Shown: positions 9,967 to 19,047 of the stretch, piece by piece | Layout: each line of letters begins with the position of its first letter | Position numbering within the stretch: position 1 is the stretch's first letter | Origin: an uncultured delta proteobacterium | GTDB lineage: Bacteria > Desulfobacterota > Binatia > UBA9968 | Assembly (NCBI GenBank): GCA_963755715.1 | Contig: CAVWLW010000056.1 | Coordinates: forward strand, 1 to 64,000 | Direction of reading: 5' to 3' | Length of the DNA stretch: 64,000 bases | The notes under the pieces: model-generated | Told to the model about the DNA's origin: nothing | The model's database searches: none | What the model saw: the letters and a program-made list of their open reading frames with translations, nothing else | Program-made: the position numbers and the translations under genes

Positions 9967-10394
9967 TAGCGGCGGGTGGTTTCCAGCGGGTAGCCACGCT
10001 TGACCCAGCCGGCGTAGCCTTCCGGCATCACGAAGATATTGCGATAGCCGCGATATTCCAAAAACACGGCACGATCCGCAACATCGTACGGTTTGCAGTC
10101 GCAATAAAGCACCACTCGGCCGGACTTGGGAATCTCGTTGAAGCGGTTCGCCATTTCAGCGAGCGGGATCGAGCGCGCTCCTGGAATACGTTTTTCTTGA
10201 AACTCTTTGGCCGGTCTGAGATCGATGAACGTCAGCTTTTCGCCGGCGTCTATCAGCTGTTTCACTTTTTCCACCGGCAGCGTATCGACGGTATCTTCCA
10301 CGCCATGGCCGGCCAGTGCGACGGCAGGAGGGAAGACACCGAGCAGCAGCAAAATGACGAGCAGCTGGCGTTTAATTCTCCGGCCGCTTTTCAT
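9966..10394 (-). CDS. Exported rhodanese-like domain protein
   Basis: Signal peptide; FIDLRP.KEFQEKRIPGARSIP, VVLYCDC, EGYAGW...GYP. Confidence 0.85.
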   Translation of the reverse strand: MKSGRRIKRQLLVILLLLGVFPPAVALAGHGVEDTVDTLPVEKVKQLIDAGEKLTFIDLRPAKEFQEKRIPGARSIPLAEMANRFNEIPKSGRVVLYCDCKPYDVADRAVFLEYRGYRNIFVMPEGYAGWVKRGYPLETTRR

Positions 10395-11778
10395 ATTTTA
10401 TTGTCACGTTTTTATTGTCCGCTGTCCATTCCACGGTGCCTTTGGTACCGGGAGTGTGGCGCATGATCCAGAAACCGCCGCCAGGATCAGACGAGCTGGC
10501 GAAAACCAGACCGTTCTCATGGACGAACACGTCGTCGGCGTGACCGGCGTCAGAATTCACGCGACGAAAAACCGGCGGAACAAAATGGCCAACCGATTTC
10601 GGCCGATAGGGATCGGAGATATCGATTGCCCAAAACCCAGAATTTTCCCAGGCGCTGAAGACGATGTTTCCTTTGACCATGCGCTCGATGTCGTGAATAC
10701 CGAAGCGCCGCCCCGGCCGGTCGGGCGGGCAGAAGCGATTGAGCGGCAAGCGGAAAGTCCCGATCTGCACCGGATTCGGCTCATGACGCACGTCGATCAC
10801 GTGCAGGTAGCCGAACGGGCATTGTTTCGCCGAAGTAATTTCGTCGGTGGCGAGGATGACGTCCGGTCTGCCGCCGTGCTGCGGCACGACGATGCCGATG
10901 CTGTGCGTGTTGCCTTCTTCGGGCGGCGACCATTTGATCTGGCTGATTTTGGTCGGCTTGCGAATGTCGCTGATGTCGAGAATGATCACGCCCTGATCGC
11001 GATAGGCGAGATAAGCGCGGTCCTTGTAGGTCGTCATGTCGTGGAGCGAAACCCAGATCTTCGGCAAGCCGTCGCGCAAGCCGCCATCGTCGATCCAGTT
11101 CTCGCCGAGCTTTTCTCCGCCCGCGGTGTGCTGCCCGGGAAACCACCAGCGCGAGATTTCCTTCGGGTTCGCCGGATCGTTGATGTCGACGATCATCAAG
11201 ATCGCGCCGAAGTAACCCTGCAGGGTGGTCGCAATGAATGCGAACTTGCCTTGCTTCGGATCTTCGTGGAGCCAAAAGCCGTGCACGCCGCGGTTGGGAG
11301 CCACGTCGGTTTTAAAAAAGCCGACTTCCTTGGGCTTGGCCGGGTCGGAGACGTCGAAAAGACGAATCCCCGACGTCCACGTCTTGACGTCATCGGAGCG
11401 CACGCCCTCCTGGTTCACGACGAGCAGATTGCCCAGGACGTCAATATACTGGCTTTGCACGCTCTTGTCGTTTTTAATTTGCGAAACTACTCGCGGCCGC
11501 GCCGGGTCGCTGACATCGACGACGCTGAAGCCTTGATAGTTCGAGATGTAAGCGTGCTTGCCGTCTTTGCTGACGCGAAACTCGGCGGCTTGGTCCCATC
11601 CTTCGAGATCGCTGTAGGAGAGGATCGTGAAATTCTCCAGCTCGCCGTAGCTGGGCTGGCGCTCCTTGGCGCCGCCGAGGATGTTCGGACTTTGTCCAAA
11701 CGCGCTGGGAACCGCCGTCGCAATCGACAGCAGCAAGAATCCAATGCGCACACCTCGTGAAAAAAGCGTTGAGGTCAT
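10372..11778 (-). CDS. Secreted LVIVD-repeat beta-propeller protein
   Basis: Signal peptide; repeats FSVVDVSDPARP, LFDVSDPAKP, LMIVDINDPANP, IILDISDIRKP, LHVIDVRHEPNP, FWAIDISDPYRP. Confidence 0.85.
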   Translation of the reverse strand: MTSTLFSRGVRIGFLLLSIATAVPSAFGQSPNILGGAKERQPSYGELENFTILSYSDLEGWDQAAEFRVSKDGKHAYISNYQGFSVVDVSDPARPRVVSQIKNDKSVQSQYIDVLGNLLVVNQEGVRSDDVKTWTSGIRLFDVSDPAKPKEVGFFKTDVAPNRGVHGFWLHEDPKQGKFAFIATTLQGYFGAILMIVDINDPANPKEISRWWFPGQHTAGGEKLGENWIDDGGLRDGLPKIWVSLHDMTTYKDRAYLAYRDQGVIILDISDIRKPTKISQIKWSPPEEGNTHSIGIVVPQHGGRPDVILATDEITSAKQCPFGYLHVIDVRHEPNPVQIGTFRLPLNRFCPPDRPGRRFGIHDIERMVKGNIVFSAWENSGFWAIDISDPYRPKSVGHFVPPVFRRVNSDAGHADDVFVHENGLVFASSSDPGGGFWIMRHTPGTKGTVEWTADNKNVTIKYEKRPEN

Positions 11779-11987
11779 AGAGCACGTCCTCCTGAAGATT
11801 GATCACTTGAGCGGGGTTGGGTCATATCGAGCAGATGCTCACATACCGCTGCTGGGTTTAGCTGTCAACTAAGAAAGCGGCGGAGGTGGCACCTGGGCGC
11901 GCGGCGATTGTTAAATCGGCAAATTAGCCAGTGCCTCGCGCCGACAAAAATGGTACTTTTAGCGCGATTTGAATGAAGGAGGCGGCC

Positions 11988-13157
11988 ATGGCCTATAAGA
12001 TACGGACTCGCGACGAACATTTCCTCAACGATGGAACGCCCAAACGAATCTTGGCGCTCGATGGCGGCGGTCTGCGCGGCATTCTCACGCTGTCGTATCT
12101 CGCAGAAATCGAGTCGGTGCTGCGTGAACGGCACGGCGGCTCTCAAGATTTCCGATTGCATCACTACTTCGACCTGATTGCCGGAACCTCGACGGGCTCG
12201 ATTATTGCCGCGGCCTTGGCGCGCGGCATGGCGGTGGCGGACATCATCAAAAAGTACAACGACCTCGGTCAGCGGGTATTTCAAAAAAGCTGGTTGCGCC
12301 AAGGCTACGTCCGGGCGTTTTATGACGAGGCGGGGCTGATCAAAGAACTGAAGGATGTCTACGGCGCCGATACGACGATGGGCGATCCGTCGCTGCAGAC
12401 CGGTTTGTTGGTGATCACCAAGCGGCTCGATAGCGGGAGTGCGTGGCCGATCTCGAACAATCCGCGCGGCCGCTATTTCGGCGTGCGGCCGAACCAGAGC
12501 GTCGTGGCTAATTCCCAATATCCGTTGTGGCAAGTGGTGCGGGCTTCCACGGCGGCGCCGCGCTATTTCGATCCGGAAAGAATCGTGATCGCCCAGGGCA
12601 GCGGCGAACAGAAATCGGTGCAAGGCGAGTTCGTCGACGGCGGCGTCAGCCCGTTCAACAACCCCGCGCTCCAGGCCGTGATGTATGCGACTTTCGATGG
12701 CTACCGTATCGGGTGGTCGACGGGCGCCGACAAGCTGATGGTGGTTTCAATCGGCACCGGCAGCCGCGACCCGAAAACGGCGCCGGCTAGTCTAGCGATG
12801 GAAAATGCGTTGAAGGCTGTGATTTCTGTGATGGACGACTGCGCCGATCTGATGGAAATCGTGCTCCAATGGATGTCGAACAGTCACACCGCTCGCGTGA
12901 TCGATCGCGAGATGGGTGATCTGCGCCATGATTCGATCGCGCCGGCGCCACTGATTAATTATCTGCGTTACAATATCACTCTGAGCAAAGAATCATTGAC
13001 CCCTCTCGGCATCGATTTGCCGGACGCCAAATTCGAAAGCCTGAGCGCCATGGACGATCCCGCCAACATGCCAACGTTGCAAGATATCGGCGCGCGGGCG
13101 GCAAGGCAGCAAGTCCGCGGCGAGGATTTTTCGTCGAATTTCGATCTCACAAATTAG
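11988..13157 (+). CDS. Patatin-like phospholipase
   Basis: LALDGGGLRG oxyanion motif, GTSTG nucleophile elbow, ASTAAP, FVDGG catalytic Asp; AGGAGG RBS. Confidence 0.92.
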   Translation: MAYKIRTRDEHFLNDGTPKRILALDGGGLRGILTLSYLAEIESVLRERHGGSQDFRLHHYFDLIAGTSTGSIIAAALARGMAVADIIKKYNDLGQRVFQKSWLRQGYVRAFYDEAGLIKELKDVYGADTTMGDPSLQTGLLVITKRLDSGSAWPISNNPRGRYFGVRPNQSVVANSQYPLWQVVRASTAAPRYFDPERIVIAQGSGEQKSVQGEFVDGGVSPFNNPALQAVMYATFDGYRIGWSTGADKLMVVSIGTGSRDPKTAPASLAMENALKAVISVMDDCADLMEIVLQWMSNSHTARVIDREMGDLRHDSIAPAPLINYLRYNITLSKESLTPLGIDLPDAKFESLSAMDDPANMPTLQDIGARAARQQVRGEDFSSNFDLTN

Positions 13158-13238
13158 GCCCTTCAGGTGGATTAGGGGCCAGCATTTTGCGGCGTTGTTA
13201 AATGCCCAGGCCGAAGCCAAGCCGATGAGGTGCAGATC

Positions 13239-15236
13239 ATGAAAAGCGTTTTTATCGTTCGTCCATTCGGCACAAAAAGCGGCATCAATTTTGATCAGGT
13301 TGAAGAAGATCTCATTCGCCCGGCAATGGCGCAGGCCAACTTGACTGGCGGCACCACCGTCGAATTCATACAACAAGGCAACATTCGAGCCGACATGTTC
13401 GAGCAATTGCTTGTCGCCGATCTGGTGATTGCCGACATCTCGATCCACAATGCCAATGCATTTTACGAACTAGGCATCCGTCACGCGTTGCGCGATAAAC
13501 GGACGTTTCTTATCAAATCCAAACAAGCTACGCCGGGGGAACGTGATGCAAAGGATACTGATGTGCCGTTCGATCTGAAAACCGACCGTTATCTTGCCTA
13601 CGATCAAAATCAACTTGGTGGGGCTGTGGAGATTCTTGCCGCGGCGCTCAAACTCACTATGGATGCTCAAAGAGCCGACAGCCCGATTTATCAATTGCTG
13701 CCCGCGTTGAAGCCTGCTGATCCGGAGGACGTGCTAGTGGTGCCGCTCGACTTTAGCGAAGAGGTCGAACGCGTCGAAGCGGCGACAAATTGCGGTGATC
13801 TGCAATTGTTGGCCGCCGAGGTCGACGGCTTCGCCTGGCGAGTCGCCGGCTTGCGCATGATCGGCCACGCGCAGTTTCGCTTGAAGGACTGGACGGGCGC
13901 CAAGGTCACTTGGATCGCCGTCCGCGAGTATGGCGACATGGACGTTGAAGCCAACACGATGCTCGGGACGATCTTTCAACGCCTCGGCGATCTGGTCAGC
14001 TCGGATCAAGCCGTCGAGCGGGCGCTTCAGAACAATGGGATTTCTGCGAGCGGACGCGCCGAGATTCGTACGTTGATGGGACGAAACGCCAAAAATAGAT
14101 GGGAGCAGAGTTGGGCAAATTTGACGACAGTTGACGCGGCGCAAAAGGCGGCTCTGGCCTCGCAGTATTTGGAGAATTCTTTCGACCTTTGCCGCGCGGG
14201 TTTTATCGAAGACCGGAATCATTTTTACTCGGGCCTTAATGCGTTAGCGATGGTCACCATGCTGACAGAGCTGGCGCAGGCGCAGCCGCGGGGCTGGGAA
14301 GATAGCTTCGATACTGGAGAGGAGGCCGCGCAAAAGTTGCAAAAGCTCAAAGAATTGCGCAACGACCTCGCCGCGGGTGTGCGGCTGGCGATCGAGTCCA
14401 AGCAAACGGCCTTGCAACGCAGCGGCAAAAGCGACGTGTGGGTCGATATCAGCACCGCGGATCTCATTTGTTTGACCTCCACGCGACCGAATCGGGTCGC
14501 ACAGTCCTACAAGAAGGCGCTCACCGTCGCTTCGGATCAAGCGCGCGACGCCGTCCGGAGACAACTGCTGCTCTACCAGCGTCTCGGGATACTAAAGGAG
14601 AATATTCAAGCTGGCCTCGAAAGCATCGCGCCGGTGGCGGCGCAGGTCCAGGAAGCGCCGCCGCGGGTGATTTTGTTTACTGGCCACCGGATCGACGCGC
14701 CTGCTCGCCCGACGCCGCGCTTTCCGGCCGTCAAGGAAGAGCAGGCGCGCGCGATGATCCGCGATGCAGTCACGAACATCAAGGCCAAAACTGATGGCAA
14801 GCTACTGGGCATCTCCGGCGGCGCCGCCGGCGGCGATATTTTGTTTCACGAAGTCTGCGAAGAATTGAACATCCCGAGCCAAATGTATCTGGTGCTGCCG
14901 AGAAACGATTACATCAAGGCTTCGGTGGCGGACAGCGGGCCGGGTTGGGTGGAACGCTTCAATCGACTCTACGAAAAGCTCAAAGCCAAAGTCTTGTCCG
15001 ATTCAGATCGCTTGCCGCGCTGGTTGCGTGCTAAAAAAGACTACAGCATCTGGCAGCGTTCCAACCTCTGGATGCTGCATAATGCACTTTACATTTCGCA
15101 GGAGCATCTTACGCTGATGGCTTTGTGGAACGGCAGCAGCGGCGACGGTCCCGGCGGCACCGAGGATATGGTGAAGCGGGCGGTGGACCGTGGCGCCACT
15201 TTTATTCATCTCGATACCCGCAAACTGATCGAATAA
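13239..15236 (+). CDS. Multidomain protein: nucleoside deoxyribosyltransferase/deoxyribohydrolase-like (DUF4071-associated) N-terminus, TPR-like helical region, C-terminal SLOG-like domain
   Basis: VFIVRPFG, ADLVIADISIHNANAFYELGIRHALR, VPFD; helical middle with YSGLNALAM; VILFTGHRID, GISGGAAGGDILFHE, ALWNG..GDGPGGTEDMV. Confidence 0.75.
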   Translation: MKSVFIVRPFGTKSGINFDQVEEDLIRPAMAQANLTGGTTVEFIQQGNIRADMFEQLLVADLVIADISIHNANAFYELGIRHALRDKRTFLIKSKQATPGERDAKDTDVPFDLKTDRYLAYDQNQLGGAVEILAAALKLTMDAQRADSPIYQLLPALKPADPEDVLVVPLDFSEEVERVEAATNCGDLQLLAAEVDGFAWRVAGLRMIGHAQFRLKDWTGAKVTWIAVREYGDMDVEANTMLGTIFQRLGDLVSSDQAVERALQNNGISASGRAEIRTLMGRNAKNRWEQSWANLTTVDAAQKAALASQYLENSFDLCRAGFIEDRNHFYSGLNALAMVTMLTELAQAQPRGWEDSFDTGEEAAQKLQKLKELRNDLAAGVRLAIESKQTALQRSGKSDVWVDISTADLICLTSTRPNRVAQSYKKALTVASDQARDAVRRQLLLYQRLGILKENIQAGLESIAPVAAQVQEAPPRVILFTGHRIDAPARPTPRFPAVKEEQARAMIRDAVTNIKAKTDGKLLGISGGAAGGDILFHEVCEELNIPSQMYLVLPRNDYIKASVADSGPGWVERFNRLYEKLKAKVLSDSDRLPRWLRAKKDYSIWQRSNLWMLHNALYISQEHLTLMALWNGSSGDGPGGTEDMVKRAVDRGATFIHLDTRKLIE

Positions 15237-15265
15237 AAGGAAAGGATTTTCTCCTGAGGTCGACA

Positions 15266-16270
15266 ATGACGAATCCGGCTTATCGCGGTTCGGTTATAAA
15301 GATCATCTCTATTGCGCTCGCTTTCTGGTTGGTGTTGGCCGGAGGCGCCGCCGCCGCGCCGCTCGTCGTCGGTTATTCGGCGGTGACATCGGTGTTTTTG
15401 CCTTTTTGGATCGGCAAGGAAAATGGATTCTACAAGAAAGAAGGTCTCGATACCCAACTCGTGTACATCGCCAGTTCGACGACCATGGCGCAGGCGATGT
15501 TTGCGCGACAGGTAGCAATCTCGACGGTCAACAGCGGCAGTGTCGTCACCAGCACGTTACAGGGCGGCGATCTGGTGCTCATGGGCGCGGTCATGAACGC
15601 CGCGGCTTTTTACATCATGACTCGGCCGGAGATCGCCAACGTTCAGGATCTTAAAGGCAAGAAAATCGGGGTGACGCGATTGGGCTCGTCTTCCGACTTC
15701 GCGATTCGCGAGTATCTGCAGAAAAACAAACTGCAACCCAACCGCGACGTCAGCATTGTCCAGGTGGGCGGGATGCCTGAACTGGCCGCCGCATTGAACA
15801 ACGGTTCGATCAGCGCGGCGCCGCTGTCGTCGCCCAGTTCGCACATCGCTGAACAAAAGGGCAACAGAGTCATCGCCAATCTGGCCAACGAAGGAATTTA
15901 CTTTGTCATTGCCGGTCTGACGACGACGCGGCGGTTTCTGCGCGAGCAACGCAGCGACGCCAAGACGTTTCTGCGCGCGTTCGGACGGGCGACGCATTTC
16001 ATGTTTCAACAAAGAGACGAGGCGAAAAAGATTCTGACGAAATACGCCAAGATCGATGATCCCGCTATGCTCGAAGGCAGCTTGAAGTATGCCCACGACT
16101 TCACGGAAAAAATTCCGCTGGTGAAGCGGGAGGGCGTGCAGGTGGTGCTCGAACAAGAGGCCGCGAAAAATCCGCAAGCCAAAGAGTTCACCGCCGAGCG
16201 ATTTTACGATAACAGTTTGGTGCAAGAGCTGATCAACGAAGGATTCTACAAATCGCTCTGGGGCAAGTGA
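15266..16270 (+). CDS. ABC transporter substrate-binding protein (NMT1/SsuA/TauA-like)
   Basis: Signal peptide; GFYKKEGLD, DLKGKKIGVTRLGSSSD, DNSLVQELINEGF. Confidence 0.88.
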   Translation: MTNPAYRGSVIKIISIALAFWLVLAGGAAAAPLVVGYSAVTSVFLPFWIGKENGFYKKEGLDTQLVYIASSTTMAQAMFARQVAISTVNSGSVVTSTLQGGDLVLMGAVMNAAAFYIMTRPEIANVQDLKGKKIGVTRLGSSSDFAIREYLQKNKLQPNRDVSIVQVGGMPELAAALNNGSISAAPLSSPSSHIAEQKGNRVIANLANEGIYFVIAGLTTTRRFLREQRSDAKTFLRAFGRATHFMFQQRDEAKKILTKYAKIDDPAMLEGSLKYAHDFTEKIPLVKREGVQVVLEQEAAKNPQAKEFTAERFYDNSLVQELINEGFYKSLWGK

Positions 16271-16287
16271 AAGGGAGAGAAACCGCG

Positions 16288-17322
16288 ATGAACTACGCGC
16301 CGATCGATGCCGATGGACATGTGATGGAAACCGACGACGAGCTGCGCCGTTATCTGCCCGCGCCGTTTGAAGGACGGCGCGCGTTGACTGCGCTGTTCCC
16401 ATCGTTGGACGGCTGGCCGCGCAGCACGCGCAAGGCGCCTGACAATACGCCGTGTTTGCAAAAGTGGCGCATGTTTTTGGACGGCTCAGGCGTCGCCGGA
16501 TCGGTGCTCTATCCGACGATGGGATTGGCGATGGCGCACATCAAAGACGTAAAGTGGGCGGCGGTGATGGCGCGCTGCTACAACGATTATCTTTACGGCG
16601 AGTATCTCGAGAAGGAGCCGCGGCGTCTTTGGGGTGTCGCGCTGTTGCCCGTTCAAGACATCACGGCGGCGGCGGAAGAATTGGAACGCTGCGTCAAGGA
16701 TTTGAAAATGGTCGGCGGTGTTATCCCCGCGGCTGGTTTATCGAGAGGGCTCGGCCATCCGATGTACGATCCGCTCTATCAAACCGCGGTGCGTCTTAAT
16801 GTGCCGCTGGCGGTGCACGGCGGCTCGAGCGCGGGACTTGGCCTCGATCTCTACGATTCCTTCGTGAAGATCCTTGTGATGGAGCACGCCGTCGCGCAGC
16901 AGATTCACTTCACGAGCTATCTGCTCGATGGCGCGCCGGTGCGCTTTCCCGCATTAAAAATGGCGTTTCTCGAAGCCGGGGTCGGCTGGGTGCCGTATTT
17001 AATGGAGAGGCTGGACGAGAAATACGAAAAGCTGCCGCAGCAGGCGCCGCTGCTTTCGAAGGAACCAAGCTATTACGTCAAGAATCATCCGATTTATTTT
17101 TCCTGCGAGCTCGAAGAGAAAATCTTGCCCTACGTGCTCGGCCTCGGCCTGGAAAAAAAGATCATGTATCCATCGGACTATCCGCACGAGCGGCCGACAC
17201 TGGAAGAGTTCCTGGCTGACATTCCCCGCTTTCGCGCCCGAAAAGATCTGTCAGACGAAATTAAAAAGCTCATCCTGCGCGACAATTGCATCGATTTTTA
17301 TTCCTTAAAGCTTTCGAAGTAA
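16288..17322 (+). CDS. Amidohydrolase family protein (Amidohydro_2)
   Basis: IDADGHVME, VLYPT, YNDYL, AVHGG, FLEAGVGW, SDYPH. Confidence 0.9.
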   Translation: MNYAPIDADGHVMETDDELRRYLPAPFEGRRALTALFPSLDGWPRSTRKAPDNTPCLQKWRMFLDGSGVAGSVLYPTMGLAMAHIKDVKWAAVMARCYNDYLYGEYLEKEPRRLWGVALLPVQDITAAAEELERCVKDLKMVGGVIPAAGLSRGLGHPMYDPLYQTAVRLNVPLAVHGGSSAGLGLDLYDSFVKILVMEHAVAQQIHFTSYLLDGAPVRFPALKMAFLEAGVGWVPYLMERLDEKYEKLPQQAPLLSKEPSYYVKNHPIYFSCELEEKILPYVLGLGLEKKIMYPSDYPHERPTLEEFLADIPRFRARKDLSDEIKKLILRDNCIDFYSLKLSK

Positions 17323-17398
17323 CCGGACAGACCTTCGGCTTTCATCGCCCGGTCAGATCTGCGCGTCGGTAAACTCGTCTTTTATTTCTGTACGATGT

Positions 17399-17412
17399 GA
17401 GCGTGCACGCTC
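17399..17412. promoter_or_regulatory. Perfect 14-bp palindrome, candidate operator of the ABC operon
   Basis: GAGCGTGCACGCTC about 80 bp upstream of the ATPase start. Confidence 0.4.
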
Positions 17413-17491
17413 TAACAAAAATTTGACCGACTCTGGAGGGAACTCTTCAGAGCAGGTAAAGTAACCACGCGATGAGCCGAAAAGCCGTTCG

Positions 17492-18277
17492 ATGAATCTA
17501 GATTCGCATCCAGACAGAAGCAAATCGGGCGCCGCAGTTGTCGGCGAGGAGATTTCGCGCGCTTTTACCGGCACCGGCTTGGTGCTCGACCGGATCAGTT
17601 TCCAAATACGACCCGGTGAATTCGTCGCTTTGCTTGGCCCTTCCGGCTCCGGCAAGTCTTCTCTCTTGAGGCTGATCGCCGGACTCGATCGAGCGGATAC
17701 CGGACGGCTGGCGATCGAAACGATGGACGGCGCGCTTTCGCGCGGTTTTGTTTTTCAAGAGCCGACCTTGATGCCCTGGCGCACCGTGCTGCGCAACACC
17801 ACTTTGCCGTTGGAACTCGAGGGATGGTCACGCGACAGTGCGAAAGCGCGCGCTGAAGAAGAGTTGCGGCGCGTTCGCTTGGCGGAGTTTGGCGCGCGTT
17901 ATCCCCACGAGCTTTCCGGCGGTATGAAGATGCGCACCTCGGTGGCGCGGGCTTTGACGACGCGGCCGAACCTGCTGCTACTCGACGAGCCCTTCGCCGC
18001 CTTGGACGAGCCGACCCGCCACGGATTGCAAATGCAGCTGCGGGAAATTTGGACCGCGCTGCGCATGACCGTGCTGTTTGTCACCCATTCGGTCATGGAA
18101 GCGGTTTTTTTAGCGGATCGGATCATCGTCTTGTCGCACCGGCCGGCGCGGATTATTTTGGATGAATCCATCACATTGCCGCCGATACGATCCACGGCTC
18201 TGCGCACATCGATCGAGTATATGAATGAGGTCAGGCGAATCAGCGGCGCAGTGCCGGCCGTGGCAGAGGCGCTATGA
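17492..18277 (+). CDS. ABC transporter ATP-binding protein (NitT/TauT family)
   Basis: Walker A GPSGSGKS, LSGGM, LLLLDEPF, FVTH. Confidence 0.95.
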   Translation: MNLDSHPDRSKSGAAVVGEEISRAFTGTGLVLDRISFQIRPGEFVALLGPSGSGKSSLLRLIAGLDRADTGRLAIETMDGALSRGFVFQEPTLMPWRTVLRNTTLPLELEGWSRDSAKARAEEELRRVRLAEFGARYPHELSGGMKMRTSVARALTTRPNLLLLDEPFAALDEPTRHGLQMQLREIWTALRMTVLFVTHSVMEAVFLADRIIVLSHRPARIILDESITLPPIRSTALRTSIEYMNEVRRISGAVPAVAEAL

Positions 18278-19047
18278 CGTTCAGAGCGCGGATGGCGGCG
18301 TTTTTACCGCCCTTGCTGCCTTTGATTTTATCGATCTGTGTAGCCGAGACCGCGGTGCGTATGGCATGGGTTCCATCCTATTTGATTCCCGCGCCGAGCG
18401 AGGTTTTCCATTCTCTGCTGGACGATCGGCGCGAGCTTGCGCTGGCGGCATGGGAAACTCTCAGCTCGGCCCTGGTCGGTCTCCTGATCAGCTTTGCCGC
18501 AGGCACGGTATTCTCCGTGGCGCTCTCCTCGTCCGACTTGGCGCGCCGCGCCTTTTACCCCTACGCGGTTTTCTTTCAAACCGTACCGATTATTTCGATC
18601 GCGCCGCTGTTGGTGATTTGGTTCGGTTTCGGGCGGCCGACGGTCATCGCCTCCGCCGCCATCGTTTCAGTTTTTCCGATCATCGCCAGCACCTTGCTCG
18701 GCTTGAAATCCACGGAGCCGTCGTTGGTCGACCTTTTCAAGCTCTATTCGGCAACCGGCCGGCAAACGCTCTGGATGTTAAAAATCCCCTTCGCTCTGCC
18801 GCAAATTTTTTCCGGTTTGAGAATCGCCTCGGGGCTGGCCGTGGTCGGCGCCATCGTCGGCGAGTTTATCGGCGGCGGCGGTCTCGGCAGCGTGGTCGAC
18901 TCGGCGCGCACGCAGCAAAGGATCGACCGGGTTTTTGCGGCGGTGCTGATTTCTTCATTGCTCGGCATCGTACTTGTCGGCGCGGTCAATCTCGTTTCAT
19001 CTCTTTCATTGGGTTCATGGCATACTTCGGAAAGGAAATCTTCATGA
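18274..19047 (+). CDS. ABC transporter permease (NitT/TauT family)
   Basis: Hydrophobic; PAPSEV, QTVPIISIAPLLVIWFGFG, ALPQIFSGLRI, GAIVGEF. Confidence 0.93.
   Translation: MTFRARMAAFLPPLLPLILSICVAETAVRMAWVPSYLIPAPSEVFHSLLDDRRELALAAWETLSSALVGLLISFAAGTVFSVALSSSDLARRAFYPYAVFFQTVPIISIAPLLVIWFGFGRPTVIASAAIVSVFPIIASTLLGLKSTEPSLVDLFKLYSATGRQTLWMLKIPFALPQIFSGLRIASGLAVVGAIVGEFIGGGGLGSVVDSARTQQRIDRVFAAVLISSLLGIVLVGAVNLVSSLSLGSWHTSERKSS

Noticed and set aside
10207-11760. 517-aa plus-strand ORF
   Set aside because: Antisense shadow of the LVIVD gene, with no recognisable motifs; common in GC-rich coding DNA
11988-13157. Patatin as CapV of a CBASS operon
   Set aside because: No CD-NTase, Cap2/Cap3 or other CBASS gene nearby
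17430-17491. Riboswitch in the ABC operon leader
   Set aside because: Only one short hairpin; no TPP, FMN, glycine or purine consensus recognised
18225-19043. N-terminal extension making a 588-aa SBP
   Set aside because: Overlaps the permease in another frame; the real start is ATG 19044 with a signal peptide
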